A DNA stretch of 32,000 nucleotides from Mycobacterium tuberculosis H37Rv (GTDB lineage: Bacteria; Actinomycetota; Actinomycetes; Mycobacteriales; Mycobacteriaceae), in NCBI RefSeq assembly GCF_000195955.2, contig NC_000962.3:3180001-3212000 (forward strand), read 5' to 3'. The notes under the pieces were generated by a model. The model worked only from the letters and a program-made list of their open reading frames with translations. It had not been told where the DNA came from and made no database searches. Within the stretch, counting starts at the first letter, position 1; each line of letters opens with the position of its first letter. Shown here one piece after another: positions 19,119 through 29,406 of this stretch. A program made the translations under genes and the position numbers.

Positions 19119-19982
19119 CTAGGATGCATCTGTGGTTGGTTCGGTTGCGCCTGCGGGGGCGTCGGTGAGGGCAGTTGTTGACGCGGTTGCTGATGGCGTT
19201 GCCGAAGCTGTCGCCGAGGCCAGCAGCTCTTGCTCCCATTCGGCCAGCGGCTCGGCGGCTTCGGCCTCCGGCTTGCCGTCGGCGCGCCCCAGTCCGGCAC
19301 GGGCCTGCAGGCCCTCGGCGACCGCGGAAGCGATCACCCTAGTCAGCAGCGCGGCCGAGCGGATCGCGTCGTCGTTGCCTGGGATTGGGTAGTCGACCTC
19401 GTCGGGGTCGCAGTTCGTGTCAAGGATCGCGATGACCGGGATGCCCAGTTTGCGGGCCTCACCGACGGCAATGTGCTCTTTGTTCGTGTCGACGACCCAG
19501 ATCGCCGACGGCACCTTGGCCATGTCGCGGATGCCGCCGAGGCTGCGCTCGAGCTTGTTCTTCTCGCGGGTCAATCCCAAGATTTCCTTCTTGGTGCGGC
19601 CCTCGAAGCCACCGGTCTGCTCCATCGCCTCAAGCTCCTTGAGGCGTTGCAGCCGCTTATGCACGGTGGAGAAGTTGGTGAGCATGCCTCCCAGCCAGCG
19701 CTGGTTCACATACGGCATGCCGACCCGGGTGGCTTCGGCGGCCACCGACTCCTGCGCCTGCTTCTTTGTGCCGACGAAGAGCACCGACCCACCGTGAGCG
19801 ACGGTCTCTTTCACGAACTCGTACGCCTTATCGATGAAGGTCAACGTCTGCTGCAGGTCGATGATGTAGATGCCGTTGCGGTCGGTGAAGATGAAACGCT
19901 TCATCTTGGGATTCCAGCGACGGGTCTGATGCCCGAAGTGGGTGCCGCTGTCAAGCAGCTGCTTCATGGTGACTACGGCCAT
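19119..19982 (-). CDS. rpsB: 30S ribosomal protein S2
   Basis: [46 protein letters not shown]; 287 aa. Confidence 0.97.
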
Positions 19983-20265
19983 ACCTATGCCTTACTCATG
20001 TGTCGGTTGTTCGCCCGGCATCGGCTGAAGCCGGGCCCTGGCGTCTGCCGCGATGCCGGACCCGGGAGGAAATCCCCGAAGGGAACCGCCGCGGGACCGC
20101 CCCGGCATGCTGTTGCGGATCCCGGAAAGGCGGGCCGCGGTGCAGACACGCGAAGTCAGCCCGCCGATGCGAGCTGCGCCGAGTAGTTTACACCGACCCA
20201 GCTGGTGATTTTCCCGGCAGCGGAATCCACAGCGACGACATTGTCCACAAAACGGGCGGCGGCGA

Positions 20266-21015
20266 TTGGCCAAATCGCCCGCGCGGCGCTGCACTGCAAA
20301 GGTACGGAGGGTTCTGAGCCGCAGCGTACTGATCCTTTGCTGGTCGCTGCTTGGTGCGGCGCCGGCCCATGCCGACGACTCCCGGCTGGGCTGGCCGCTG
20401 CGGCCGCCGCCGGCGGTAGTCCGGCAGTTCGACGCCGCATCGCCCAATTGGAATCCGGGGCACCGCGGTGTCGACCTGGCCGGGCGCCCCGGTCAGCCGG
20501 TTTACGCGGCCGGCAGCGCGACGGTCGTATTCGCCGGGCTGCTCGCGGGACGGCCGGTGGTTTCACTGGCCCACCCGGGTGGGCTACGCACCAGCTACGA
20601 GCCGGTAGTCGCCCAGGTCCGGGTCGGTCAGCCGGTGTCGGCGCCCACCGTGATCGGCGCGCTGGCGGCCGGGCACCCCGGGTGCCAGGCCGCCGCCTGT
20701 CTGCACTGGGGGGCGATGTGGGGCCCGGCTTCGGGCGCCAACTATGTCGATCCGCTGGGCCTGCTGAAGTCCACACCGATACGGCTCAAGCCGCTATCCA
20801 GCGAAGGGCGGACGCTGCATTACCGCCAAGCGGAACCCGTATTTGTGAACGAAGCCGCCGCCGGTGCTCTGGCCGGCGCTGGCCATCGGAAATCCCCGAA
20901 GCAGGGCGTTTTCCGCGGTGCCGCGCAGGGCGGTGACATCGTCGCCCGGCAACCGCCAGGCCGCTGGGTTTGCCCATCGAGCGCGGGCGGCCCAATCGGG
21001 TGGCACCGACAATGA
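20266..21015 (+). CDS. Secreted M23/LytM-like peptidase domain protein (Rv2891-like)
   Basis: Signal-peptide-like N-terminus ([16 protein letters not shown]) then [27 protein letters not shown]...LRTSYEPV...CLHWGAMWG; TTG start. Confidence 0.8.
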   Translation: MAKSPARRCTAKVRRVLSRSVLILCWSLLGAAPAHADDSRLGWPLRPPPAVVRQFDAASPNWNPGHRGVDLAGRPGQPVYAAGSATVVFAGLLAGRPVVSLAHPGGLRTSYEPVVAQVRVGQPVSAPTVIGALAAGHPGCQAAACLHWGAMWGPASGANYVDPLGLLKSTPIRLKPLSSEGRTLHYRQAEPVFVNEAAAGALAGAGHRKSPKQGVFRGAAQGGDIVARQPPGRWVCPSSAGGPIGWHRQ

Positions 21016-22020
21016 ACCAGCCGAGCTCCCCTTCCCCAAAGCGGCCGATACCGATCCGCCAATGCTTTCTCGGTCTAGTGCCCAGTACCAGTACGGCTGG
21101 GGCGTCTGAACCCCGCCAACAGCACCGCCGCCTGCCACACTTGGGCTCGCCCGCGGGCCGGCGAAGATGGTTGGACCCCAGCTGTCAAGCACCGAGGATC
21201 CCGAGTCACCGGCGCCGCCCGGGGTGCCCGGGATCGCTTGCTGGGCGAGCGAAGCCTCGAATTGCAGTAGCCCTTCGTCGAAGTAGCTGATGCCCAGCAA
21301 CCGAACGATCGTCATCCTGTTGTCAGGCGTGAGACCGAGAAGATTCTCCGCGAGCCATTGCTGCAATGCCGAGTACCACGGGATCAGTGACGTCGACGAG
21401 AGTTGCTGCAACAGTTGGGGCACCGCGGCGGTGGTGGCCAGCGGTGGGACCGTCGACGATACCGTCGCCGCCGCCTGGCCGGCCAGCGCGGCAGGGCTGG
21501 TAGTCACTGGCGCCGCGGTGAACGGGGTCAACTCCGTGGCGATTGCCGCGGAGCCCGCATAGGCGTACATGGCGGCAGCGTCTTGGGCCCACATCTCGGC
21601 GTATTGGGCCTCGGTGGCCGCGATCGCCGGGGTGTTCTGCCCGAAAAAGTTGGTCGCGACCAGCGCCACCAACAGCGCGCGGTTGGCAACGACCACCGGC
21701 GGGGGCACCGTCATCGCAAACGCCAGCTCATAGGCTGCCGCGGCCGCTCTGGCCTGCATGCCCGCCTGTTCAGCCTGACCGGCGGTGGCGCTGAGCCACG
21801 CCACATAAGGCGTGACCGCGGCCACCATCGACGCCGCTGCGGGCCCCGCCCAGTACGCACCGGTCAGCTCCGAGATAGCCAACCGGTAGCCGCCGGCGGC
21901 CAAGCCCAATTCAGCCGCCAAACTATCCCAGGCCGCCGCGGCGGCCATCATGGGCCCCGATCCCGGACCTGCGTACATTCGACCGGAGTTGATCTCGGGC
22001 GGCAACACCCCAAAGTCCAA
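20794..22020 (-). CDS. PPE45: PPE family protein (PPE45-like, SVP subgroup)
   Basis: [48 protein letters not shown] motif and C-terminal [12 protein letters not shown]. Confidence 0.93.
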   Translation of the reverse strand: MDFGVLPPEINSGRMYAGPGSGPMMAAAAAWDSLAAELGLAAGGYRLAISELTGAYWAGPAAASMVAAVTPYVAWLSATAGQAEQAGMQARAAAAAYELAFAMTVPPPVVVANRALLVALVATNFFGQNTPAIAATEAQYAEMWAQDAAAMYAYAGSAAIATELTPFTAAPVTTSPAALAGQAAATVSSTVPPLATTAAVPQLLQQLSSTSLIPWYSALQQWLAENLLGLTPDNRMTIVRLLGISYFDEGLLQFEASLAQQAIPGTPGGAGDSGSSVLDSWGPTIFAGPRASPSVAGGGAVGGVQTPQPYWYWALDRESIGGSVSAALGKGSSAGSLSVPPDWAARARWANPAAWRLPGDDVTALRGTAENALLRGFPMASAGQSTGGGFVHKYGFRLAVMQRPPFAG

Positions 22021-22419
22021 CGCCCATCCCTCCCTAGCCGGCCGGGATCACGGCGTGGTTACGCGCCCCACCCGAATAGGCAGTGGTACGTGATGCGGTC
22101 ACGAACTGGTCTTGAATCGCCAGCCTCAGGTCGCTGATCGCTGACAGCGGCCCCGGTCGTCGAACAAGCCAGTCCATCCTGTGCCCTCATCCCTGATAGC
22201 TGGATTTTGGCGGCTTGACATCGGCCGCACCAGCGTTTCTGGGTAAGTGCTTACAAACGAGACGCATTTGCTGTGACCGGAGCCGAATGTTTGATTCCCG
22301 GCCAGCTACCGTTCACCTGAAGGAAGTCGGCGCGTTACCCACAGCTCGATATTCGGGGTCCTGCCGGCCCGAACCGCCACCGCACAATCGATGCCGGCTT
22401 CGCGGCTACCGTCGACTCC

Positions 22420-23397
22420 ATGACCGTTGCCAGCACCGCTCACCATACACGTCGGCTACGTTTCGGGTTGGCGGCACCGTTGCCCCGCGCGGGCACCCAG
22501 ATGCGCGCCTTCGCGCAGGCTGTCGAGGCCGCCGGGTTCGACGTGCTGGCCTTCCCGGACCACCTGGTGCCTTCGGTTTCGCCGTTCGCAGGCGCGACCG
22601 CCGCGGCGATGGCCACGCAACGACTGCACACCGGCACATTGGTGCTCAACAACGACTTTCGCCATCCCGTGGACACCGCTCGAGAGGCGGCCGGTGTGGC
22701 AACCCTCGCCGAAGGCCGCTTCGAACTGGGACTGGGCGCCGGACACCGGAGGTCCGAATACGACGCCGCCGGCATTACCTTCGATTCCGGGGCAACACGG
22801 GTGGCGCGGCTCATCGAATCGGCGCACCTGATCCGTGCGCTGCTGGACGCGGAGCCCGTCGACTTCGACGGGCAGCATTACCGGGTGCACGCCGAAGCGG
22901 GCTCACTGGTGGCACCGCCGAAGGTCCGGGTCCCCCTGCTAGTGGGCGGCAACGGGACCGAGGTGCTGCGGCTGGGCGGACGCATCGCCGACATTGTCGG
23001 CCTGGCCGGGATCAGCCACAACCGCGACGCCACCCAGGTCCGGTTCACCCACTTCGACGCCGACGGCCTGGCCGACCGGATCGCCGTGGTACGTCACGCG
23101 GCCGGCGATCGCTTCGAAGCCATTGAGCTCAACGCGCTGATCCAGGCGGTGGTCTGCACCAACGACCGAAACGCGGCGGCCGCCGAACTGGCCGCCACCT
23201 TGGGCGGGATCACGCCCGAGCAGGTCCTCGAGTCGCCGTTTCTGCTGCTCGGTACCCACGAGCAGATGGCCGAGGCTCTCGCCGCGCGGCAGCGGCGGTT
23301 CGGTGTCAGCTATTGGACGGTGTTCGACGAGTGGGCTGGCCGCGCGTCGGCAATGCGCGACATCGCCGAGGTCATCGCGCTCCTGCGCTACGGCTAG
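22420..23397 (+). CDS. LLM-class (luciferase-like, probably F420-dependent) oxidoreductase
   Basis: [36 protein letters not shown]...[49 protein letters not shown]. Confidence 0.88.
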
Positions 23398-24290
23398 GCC
23401 CGCGGATGGGCCCGCTCGTGCACCGCCCGCAACCGGGCGACCGCGACGTGGGTGTACAGCTGCGTGGTCGCCAGGCTGGAATGACCGAGCAGCTCCTGGA
23501 CCACCCGCAGGTCGGCGCCACCTTCCAGCAGGTGGGTCGCCGCGCTGTGCCGCAGCCCGTGCGGCCCCATATCGGGTGCGCCGTCCACCGCGGCCACGGT
23601 CTGGTGCACCGCAGTGCGTGCTTGCCGCACGTCAAGGCGCCGGCCCCGGGCACCCAGCAGCAGCGCGTGCCCGGACTCCGCGGTGACCAGCGCGCGACGG
23701 CCGTCGACCAGCCAGGCGTGCAGCGCATCGGCGGCTGGCTGCCCGAACGGGACGGTGCGCTGCTTGTTGCCCTTGCCGAGCACCCGAACCAACCGATGGC
23801 CGGTGTCGATGTCGTCGACGTCCAGGCCGCACAGCTCGCTGACCCGGATACCGGTGGCGTACAACAGCTCGACGATCAACCGGTCCCGCAGCGCTAGCGG
23901 ATCACCTTGCTCTGCACCAGATTCGGCAGCCGCCATGGCGCGCAGCGCCTGATCCTGACGCAGCACCGCCGGCAAGGTGCGACGGGCCTTCGGCACCTGT
24001 AGCCGGGCCGCAGGATCACCGGCCAGTAGCCCGCGCCGCACCGCCCAGGCGGTGAATGCCTTAACCGCCGAAGTGCGCCGCGCCAGCGTCGTGCGGGCGG
24101 CGCCCGCTCCCGCCGTCGCGGCCAGCCAAGACCGCAGGACCGAAAGGGTTAGTGCGTCCAGACTCGATCCGCGATCGGCGAGAAACGCGAAGAGCGATCT
24201 TAGATCGCCCAGGTAGGCACGACGGGTGTGCACCGACCGACCGCATTGCAGGGCAAGGTATTCGTCGAACTCGTCAAGGATCGCCTGCAC
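23394..24290 (-). CDS. xerC: Tyrosine recombinase XerC
   Basis: Catalytic R/K/HxxR/H/Y motifs: [54 protein letters not shown]; GTG start at 24290. Confidence 0.93.
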
Positions 24291-24380
24291 TCCCCCACAG
24301 TCGCAGGCATGACGTCTCGAGCCCGAGTCGACGCGCCGCACCGTGTCCGGGGTGAGATCTTTCGGCCTGGGATAGCCGAC

Positions 24381-25232
24381 CTAGTGAGTCCCGGCCTCCG
24401 CCTCAGCCAGTTCTTTCTTCCATTTGCGGAACATCTCCTCGGTGCGTCCGCGCCGCCAGTAACCGGAGATCGACGACGCCCATTTGGCATCCACACCGCG
24501 CTCGTTGCGAACGTATGGCCGCAAGTTATGCATGACGGCTTGCGCCTCACCGTGAATAAAGACGTGGACCTGTCCCGGCAGCCACGCGGTGGTGGTGACC
24601 GCCTCGATCAGCGGCGCGTGATCACCGGCGCGGTCCTCGGGAACCAGATCGGCGCGCCCGCCGCGATAGACCCAGTTCACCTCGACGGCATCCGGCGCGG
24701 TCAGGCCGATCTCGTCGTCCGGGCCGGCAACTTCGATGAATGCCCTACCGATTGCGTCGGGGGGCAACGCTTCCAGCGCGGCGGCGATGGCGGGGATCGC
24801 CGATTCGTCACCCGCCAGCAAATGCCAGTCGGCGGCTGGGTCGGGGGCGTACGCGCCGCCGGGGCCCATCAGGTAGATCGGTTGCCCACGCTGGGCCCCA
24901 GCCGCCCACGGACCGGCTACCCCGTGCTCACCGTGCAGCACGATGTCCACGGCGATCTCGCGGGCCGCGGCGTCGACATGACGAACGGTCATGGTGCGCA
25001 CCGGCGGCCGCTTCGCGGTGGGCAGGTCGGCGAAGCTGTCCAGGGTCAGCGGCCGGGGCAACCGCCCGACATCGACATCGTCGTCGACGAACACCAGCTT
25101 GATGTAAGAGTCGGTGAAGTCGCTGGGGACGAATGTGTCGAAGCCGCTGCCGCCGAGCACTACCCGGACCATGTGCGGCGCGAGGTGTCGGGTAGCGACA
25201 ACCTCAAAGGCGTGCAATGGTCGACCCGCCAC
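24381..25232 (-). CDS. viuB: Siderophore-interacting (ViuB-like) FAD/NAD(P) oxidoreductase
   Basis: RTMTVRHVDAAAREIAVDIVLHGEHGVAGPWAAGAQRGQPIYLMGPGG and HLLAGDESAIPAIAAALEALP motifs. Confidence 0.9.
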   Translation of the reverse strand: MAGRPLHAFEVVATRHLAPHMVRVVLGGSGFDTFVPSDFTDSYIKLVFVDDDVDVGRLPRPLTLDSFADLPTAKRPPVRTMTVRHVDAAAREIAVDIVLHGEHGVAGPWAAGAQRGQPIYLMGPGGAYAPDPAADWHLLAGDESAIPAIAAALEALPPDAIGRAFIEVAGPDDEIGLTAPDAVEVNWVYRGGRADLVPEDRAGDHAPLIEAVTTTAWLPGQVHVFIHGEAQAVMHNLRPYVRNERGVDAKWASSISGYWRRGRTEEMFRKWKKELAEAEAGTH

Positions 25233-25264
25233 ATGTCCTCCTGTCCAGACCCGACCCGCGTCGA

Positions 25265-26434
25265 CTATACGAGCCGGGCCGCTGCACCCTTGGCCGCGGC
25301 CTGACCGGCACCGGCGCGCAATATTCGCCACCGCCCGTCGCGACACTCGGCCAACCCGGCGACCTCGAGGATTGCCAGCGGACCTAGCACCTGCGCGGGC
25401 AGCAGCCCGGAGCCGACAGCGATCTCATCAATGGTAGCGGCGCCGCGGCCCGGCAGGGCCTCGTACACTTGGCGTTCGGCTTCGCTTAGCACGTCGAGCG
25501 CTGCGCCGGGCCGCGGTTCATCACCGGCCAACTCACCGATGTGACCGACGAACTCGACGATATCGTCGGCCCGGGTGACCAACTCCGCGCCATGGCGAAG
25601 CAGCGTATGACAGCCCGCCGATGCCGAGGATGTCACCGGGCCGGGCACCGCTGCCACCACCCGGCCCAATGCCCGCGCCCAGGCAGCGGTGTTGGCGGCG
25701 CCGCTGCGCAGGCCCGCTTCCACCACTACCGCCGCCCTCGCGACCGCGGCCACCAACCGGTTGCGGGTTAGGAACCGGTGCCGGGCCGGACGGACACCGG
25801 GCGGGTATTCGGTGAACAGCACCCCATGTTGGGCAATGCGATGTAGCAACGCCGAATGGCCCGCCGGATACGGGATGTCAAATCCGCCGGCCAGTACGGC
25901 CACGGTGATGCCCTCGGAATCCAGCGCCGCGCGGTGAGCCGCACCGTCGATCCCGTAGGCGCCACCGGAGACGACCGCGACGTCGCGCTCTGCCAACCCG
26001 GCGGCCAGATCGGCCGCGACATGCTCGCCGTAGGCCGTCGCAGCCCGGGTTCCAACGACGGCGGCCGCACGTGGTGCCACTTCGTCCAGGCGCGCGGGGC
26101 CCAGGGCCCACAACACCAGCGGCGAGTGGCCGCACGGCCTTGCCCGGGCTCCGGCGCCACTGAAAGCGGCGAACGCCAGCACCGGCCACTCGTCGTCGTC
26201 GGGAGTGATCAGACGCCCACCGCGGCGCATGAGTAGCTCGAGATCGTCTGCGGCCCGGTCTATTTCGCGTCGGGCACCGGTGTGCTGCGCCAGCTCGTTA
26301 CCGACCTGCCCGCGGCGCACCCGGTCGGCGGCCTCCACGGGGCCCACACATCGCACCAGCGCGGCCAGCTGGGCGCACGGCGGTTCGGCCACCCGGGACA
26401 GATAGGCCCACGCCCGCGCCGTCGGATCGATCAT
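25265..26434 (-). CDS. dprA: DNA-processing protein DprA/Smf
   Basis: Rossmann-like core VVGTRAATAYGEHVAADLAAGLAERDVAVVSGGAYGIDGAAHRAAL...AVLAGGFDIPYPAGHSALLHRI...TEYPPG; start at 26434. Confidence 0.93.
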   Translation of the reverse strand: MIDPTARAWAYLSRVAEPPCAQLAALVRCVGPVEAADRVRRGQVGNELAQHTGARREIDRAADDLELLMRRGGRLITPDDDEWPVLAFAAFSGAGARARPCGHSPLVLWALGPARLDEVAPRAAAVVGTRAATAYGEHVAADLAAGLAERDVAVVSGGAYGIDGAAHRAALDSEGITVAVLAGGFDIPYPAGHSALLHRIAQHGVLFTEYPPGVRPARHRFLTRNRLVAAVARAAVVVEAGLRSGAANTAAWARALGRVVAAVPGPVTSSASAGCHTLLRHGAELVTRADDIVEFVGHIGELAGDEPRPGAALDVLSEAERQVYEALPGRGAATIDEIAVGSGLLPAQVLGPLAILEVAGLAECRDGRWRILRAGAGQAAAKGAAARLV

Positions 26435-27942
26435 CGTCGTGCTCCGGTTTGCCGGAAGCTCAGGGCGGCGGCGACCTCGTCGATGCCTGGCGATGTGCGA
26501 CCGGCCAAGTCGGCCAAACTCCAGGCCACCCGCAAGGTGCGATCCACACCGCGGATGCTGAGTAGCCCGCGGTCCAGCGCGGTGCGCAACGGGAGCATCG
26601 CGGCGCTGCTGGGCCGAAACTTGCGGCGCAACAGCGGCCCGCTGACTTCGGCGTTGGTCCGGAACCCATGTGGCCGCCATCGTTGCGCGGCCGCCTCCCG
26701 GGCCAGCGCCACCCGCTGGCGAACCTGCGACGTCGACTCGCCGTCCGCGGCCGAGAACGCCCCGGCCCGAAGCCGATGCATCTGCACCCGTAGGTCCACC
26801 CGATCCAGCAACGGCCCAGACAGTTTGCCCAGATACCGTCGTTTGGTAGCCGCCGCACAGATGCAATCCTGTGGATCGGCGGGCGCGCACGGGCACGGGT
26901 TGGCGGCTAGCACGAGCTGAAACCGTGCCGGGTAGCACGCCACCCCGTCACGGCGCGCTAGGCGGATTTCACCGTCCTCCAACGGTGTTCGCAATGCTTC
27001 CAGCGCGCTAAGGCTGATCTCGGCGCACTCGTCCAGGAACAACACCCCGCGATGCGCCCTGCTGACCGCCCCTGGGCGAGCCATCCCCGATCCCCCGCCG
27101 ACAAGCGCCGCAACGCTGGAACTGTGGTGCGGCGCCACGAACGGCGGCCGGGTAATCAACGGTGTGTCCCCCGACAGCAGGCCAGCCACCGAGTGGATCG
27201 CGGTCACCTCCAACGACTCGCTGCCCGACAGCGACGGCAACAGCCCCGGAAGACGTTGCGCCAGCATTGTTTTGCCGACACCCGGTGGACCAGTCAGCAT
27301 GAGGTGATGCGCCCCGGCGGCGGCCACCTCGACGGCGAACCGTGCTTGGGACTGGCCCACCACATCGGCGAGGTCCGCCGCAGACTCGGGGGTGGTGTCG
27401 GCCGTGGTGATCCGCCCGGCCAAGCCGGTGGACCCGCGTAGCCAGCTCTGCAACTGCCCCAGCGTGCGAACACCCCGGACGTCGATTCCGTCCACCAGGC
27501 TGGCCTCGGGCAGGTTGTCGGCCGGAACGACGACGGCCGGCCAACCGTCACGTTTGGCTGCCAGCACGGCGGGCAACACCCCACGCACCGGACGCACCCG
27601 TCCGTCCAGCGACAATTCACCCAGCAGCAGCGTGTTCTCCAGACGTTCCCACGGCTTCTTTTGTTGCGCCGACAACACCGCCGCGGCCAGGGCGATGTCG
27701 TAGACCGAGCCCATTTTCGGCAGCGTCGCCGGCGACAGCGCGAGCGTGAGCCTGGCCATCGGCCAGCTGTTTCCGCAATTGGTGACCGCCGCGCGGACCC
27801 GGTCGCGGGACTCCTGCAATGCAGCATCGGGCAGACCCACCAGATGCACACCCGGCAACCCTGAGGTGATGTCGGCTTCGATTTCCACGATCTCGCCGTC
27901 CAGCCCCCGCACCGCGACCGAGAACGCACGCCCCAGCGCCAT
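26431..27942 (-). CDS. comM: ComM/YifB-type AAA+ ATPase (Mg-chelatase-like)
   Basis: MALGRAFSVAVRGLDGEIVEIEADITSGLPGVHLVGLPD, Walker A LTGPPGVGKTMLAQRLPGLLP, Walker B GVLFLDECAEIS. Confidence 0.92.
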   Translation of the reverse strand: MALGRAFSVAVRGLDGEIVEIEADITSGLPGVHLVGLPDAALQESRDRVRAAVTNCGNSWPMARLTLALSPATLPKMGSVYDIALAAAVLSAQQKKPWERLENTLLLGELSLDGRVRPVRGVLPAVLAAKRDGWPAVVVPADNLPEASLVDGIDVRGVRTLGQLQSWLRGSTGLAGRITTADTTPESAADLADVVGQSQARFAVEVAAAGAHHLMLTGPPGVGKTMLAQRLPGLLPSLSGSESLEVTAIHSVAGLLSGDTPLITRPPFVAPHHSSSVAALVGGGSGMARPGAVSRAHRGVLFLDECAEISLSALEALRTPLEDGEIRLARRDGVACYPARFQLVLAANPCPCAPADPQDCICAAATKRRYLGKLSGPLLDRVDLRVQMHRLRAGAFSAADGESTSQVRQRVALAREAAAQRWRPHGFRTNAEVSGPLLRRKFRPSSAAMLPLRTALDRGLLSIRGVDRTLRVAWSLADLAGRTSPGIDEVAAALSFRQTGARR

Positions 27943-28328
27943 CAGCCGATCCCCTGCAGGTGGGTGAGCTCTGGGGTGCGGCCTGAATTCTTGGGGCCGA
28001 CTCGCACGCCGATCACATCGATGCGCACCGCAGCCCAGCGCTCTTCCTGGTCGGCCAGCCACAGCCCGGCCAGGCGACGCAGGCGGCGAACCTTGCGCTC
28101 GGTCACCGCGTGCGCGAGCCCCCCATAACCGTCGCCGGTGCGGGTCTTGACCTCGACGAACACCACCGTGCGGGTGGCAGCGTCGCAGGCGATCACGTCC
28201 AGCTCGCCGTAGCGGCAACGCCAGTTGCGGTTCAAGATCCGCAACCCCATGCTGGTCAGGTAGTCCACCGCTAGGGCCTCGCCCATCGCTCCCAGCTGAA
28301 CCCGAGTCATCGTCTTCAGGGTTGTCAT
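27942..28328 (-). CDS. yraN: YraN/UPF0102 family endonuclease-like protein
   Basis: LGAMGEALAVDYLTSMGLRILNRNWRCRYGELDVIACDAATRTVVFVEVKTR (GELDxI...VEVK nuclease-fold signature). Confidence 0.88.
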   Translation of the reverse strand: MTTLKTMTRVQLGAMGEALAVDYLTSMGLRILNRNWRCRYGELDVIACDAATRTVVFVEVKTRTGDGYGGLAHAVTERKVRRLRRLAGLWLADQEERWAAVRIDVIGVRVGPKNSGRTPELTHLQGIG

Positions 28329-28575
28329 GCGGCCAACCTGCACGCTGGCCCCGACATCACCTGCCACGAATCGCGTCTCACCGATGCCGCGACGACCAGT
28401 TATCCCCAGTCGCGGCCCTGTCCACAGCCCCAGTACTGCGCGGGATCACGACACCGCGTCCTTGTCATCATCGTCTCCGTCACATAGCAACTTCTCGGGT
28501 CCCGGCTACTCGCAACGCACCGCAGGCGGCACACGCCGATCCAGCAACATCATGTTCGGCGCCGGAAGAGTCCCG

Positions 28576-29406
28576 TTAGGTGATTCGGTCCGCTCTGGTG
28601 TAGACGTTCATCGAGTCCCCCCGCAGGAAAGCCACCAGCGTGATCCCGGACGCGTCGGCCAACGAAACCGCCAGCGACGACGGCGCGGATACCGCGGCCA
28701 GCACCGGAATCCCAGCCATCAGCGCCTTTTGGGTCAACTCGAACGACGCCCGCCCGCTGACCAACAACACCGAGGCGCCAAGCGGTATTCGGTCACGCTC
28801 GAAAGCCCAGCCGATGACCTTGTCGACCGCATTGTGCCGGCCGATATCCTCACGCACGGCAAGCATGGCGCCGTCCACCCCGAATAGTGCCGCAGCGTGC
28901 AGCCCACCGGTTCTCGCGAAAACCTTTTGCGCGCGCCGAAGTTGGTCCGGCATCGCCTTGAGAGTGTCGGCGGCGACGGTAGCGGGATCGCCGCCCGGTG
29001 CGAATCGGCTGACCTGGCTCACCGCCTGAAGCGACGCCTTACCACAGACTCCGCACGACGAGGTGGTGTAGAAGGTGCGGGTGACATCGACATCGGGCGG
29101 CTTGACGCCGGGCGCCAGAGCCACATCCAAAACGTTGTACGTGCTGGCCCCTGTGGCATTGCCCTCGACGCGCCTGCCACAGTAGCTAACGGTCAGCACG
29201 TCTTCGCGGTGCGCAACCACCCCTTCGGCAAGCAGAAAGCCTTGCACCAGTTCGAAATCCGATCCTGGCGTGCGCATGGTCACGGTAACCGGCGTCCCAT
29301 TGACGCGGATCTCCAGCGGCTCCTCGACGGCCAAGGTTTCCGGCCGGGTGATCACCTGATCGGCGCTGAGATGCCTGACCCGCCGATGCGCCGTTGCGTA
29401 CCCCAC
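28576..29406 (-). CDS. fdhD: Formate dehydrogenase accessory sulfurtransferase FdhD
   Basis: [38 protein letters not shown] and [34 protein letters not shown] motifs; GTG start at 29406. Confidence 0.93.

Noticed and set aside
24228-25304. 358-aa plus-strand ORF antisense to viuB
   Set aside because: Spurious antisense ORF of the high-GC genome; no recognisable motifs.
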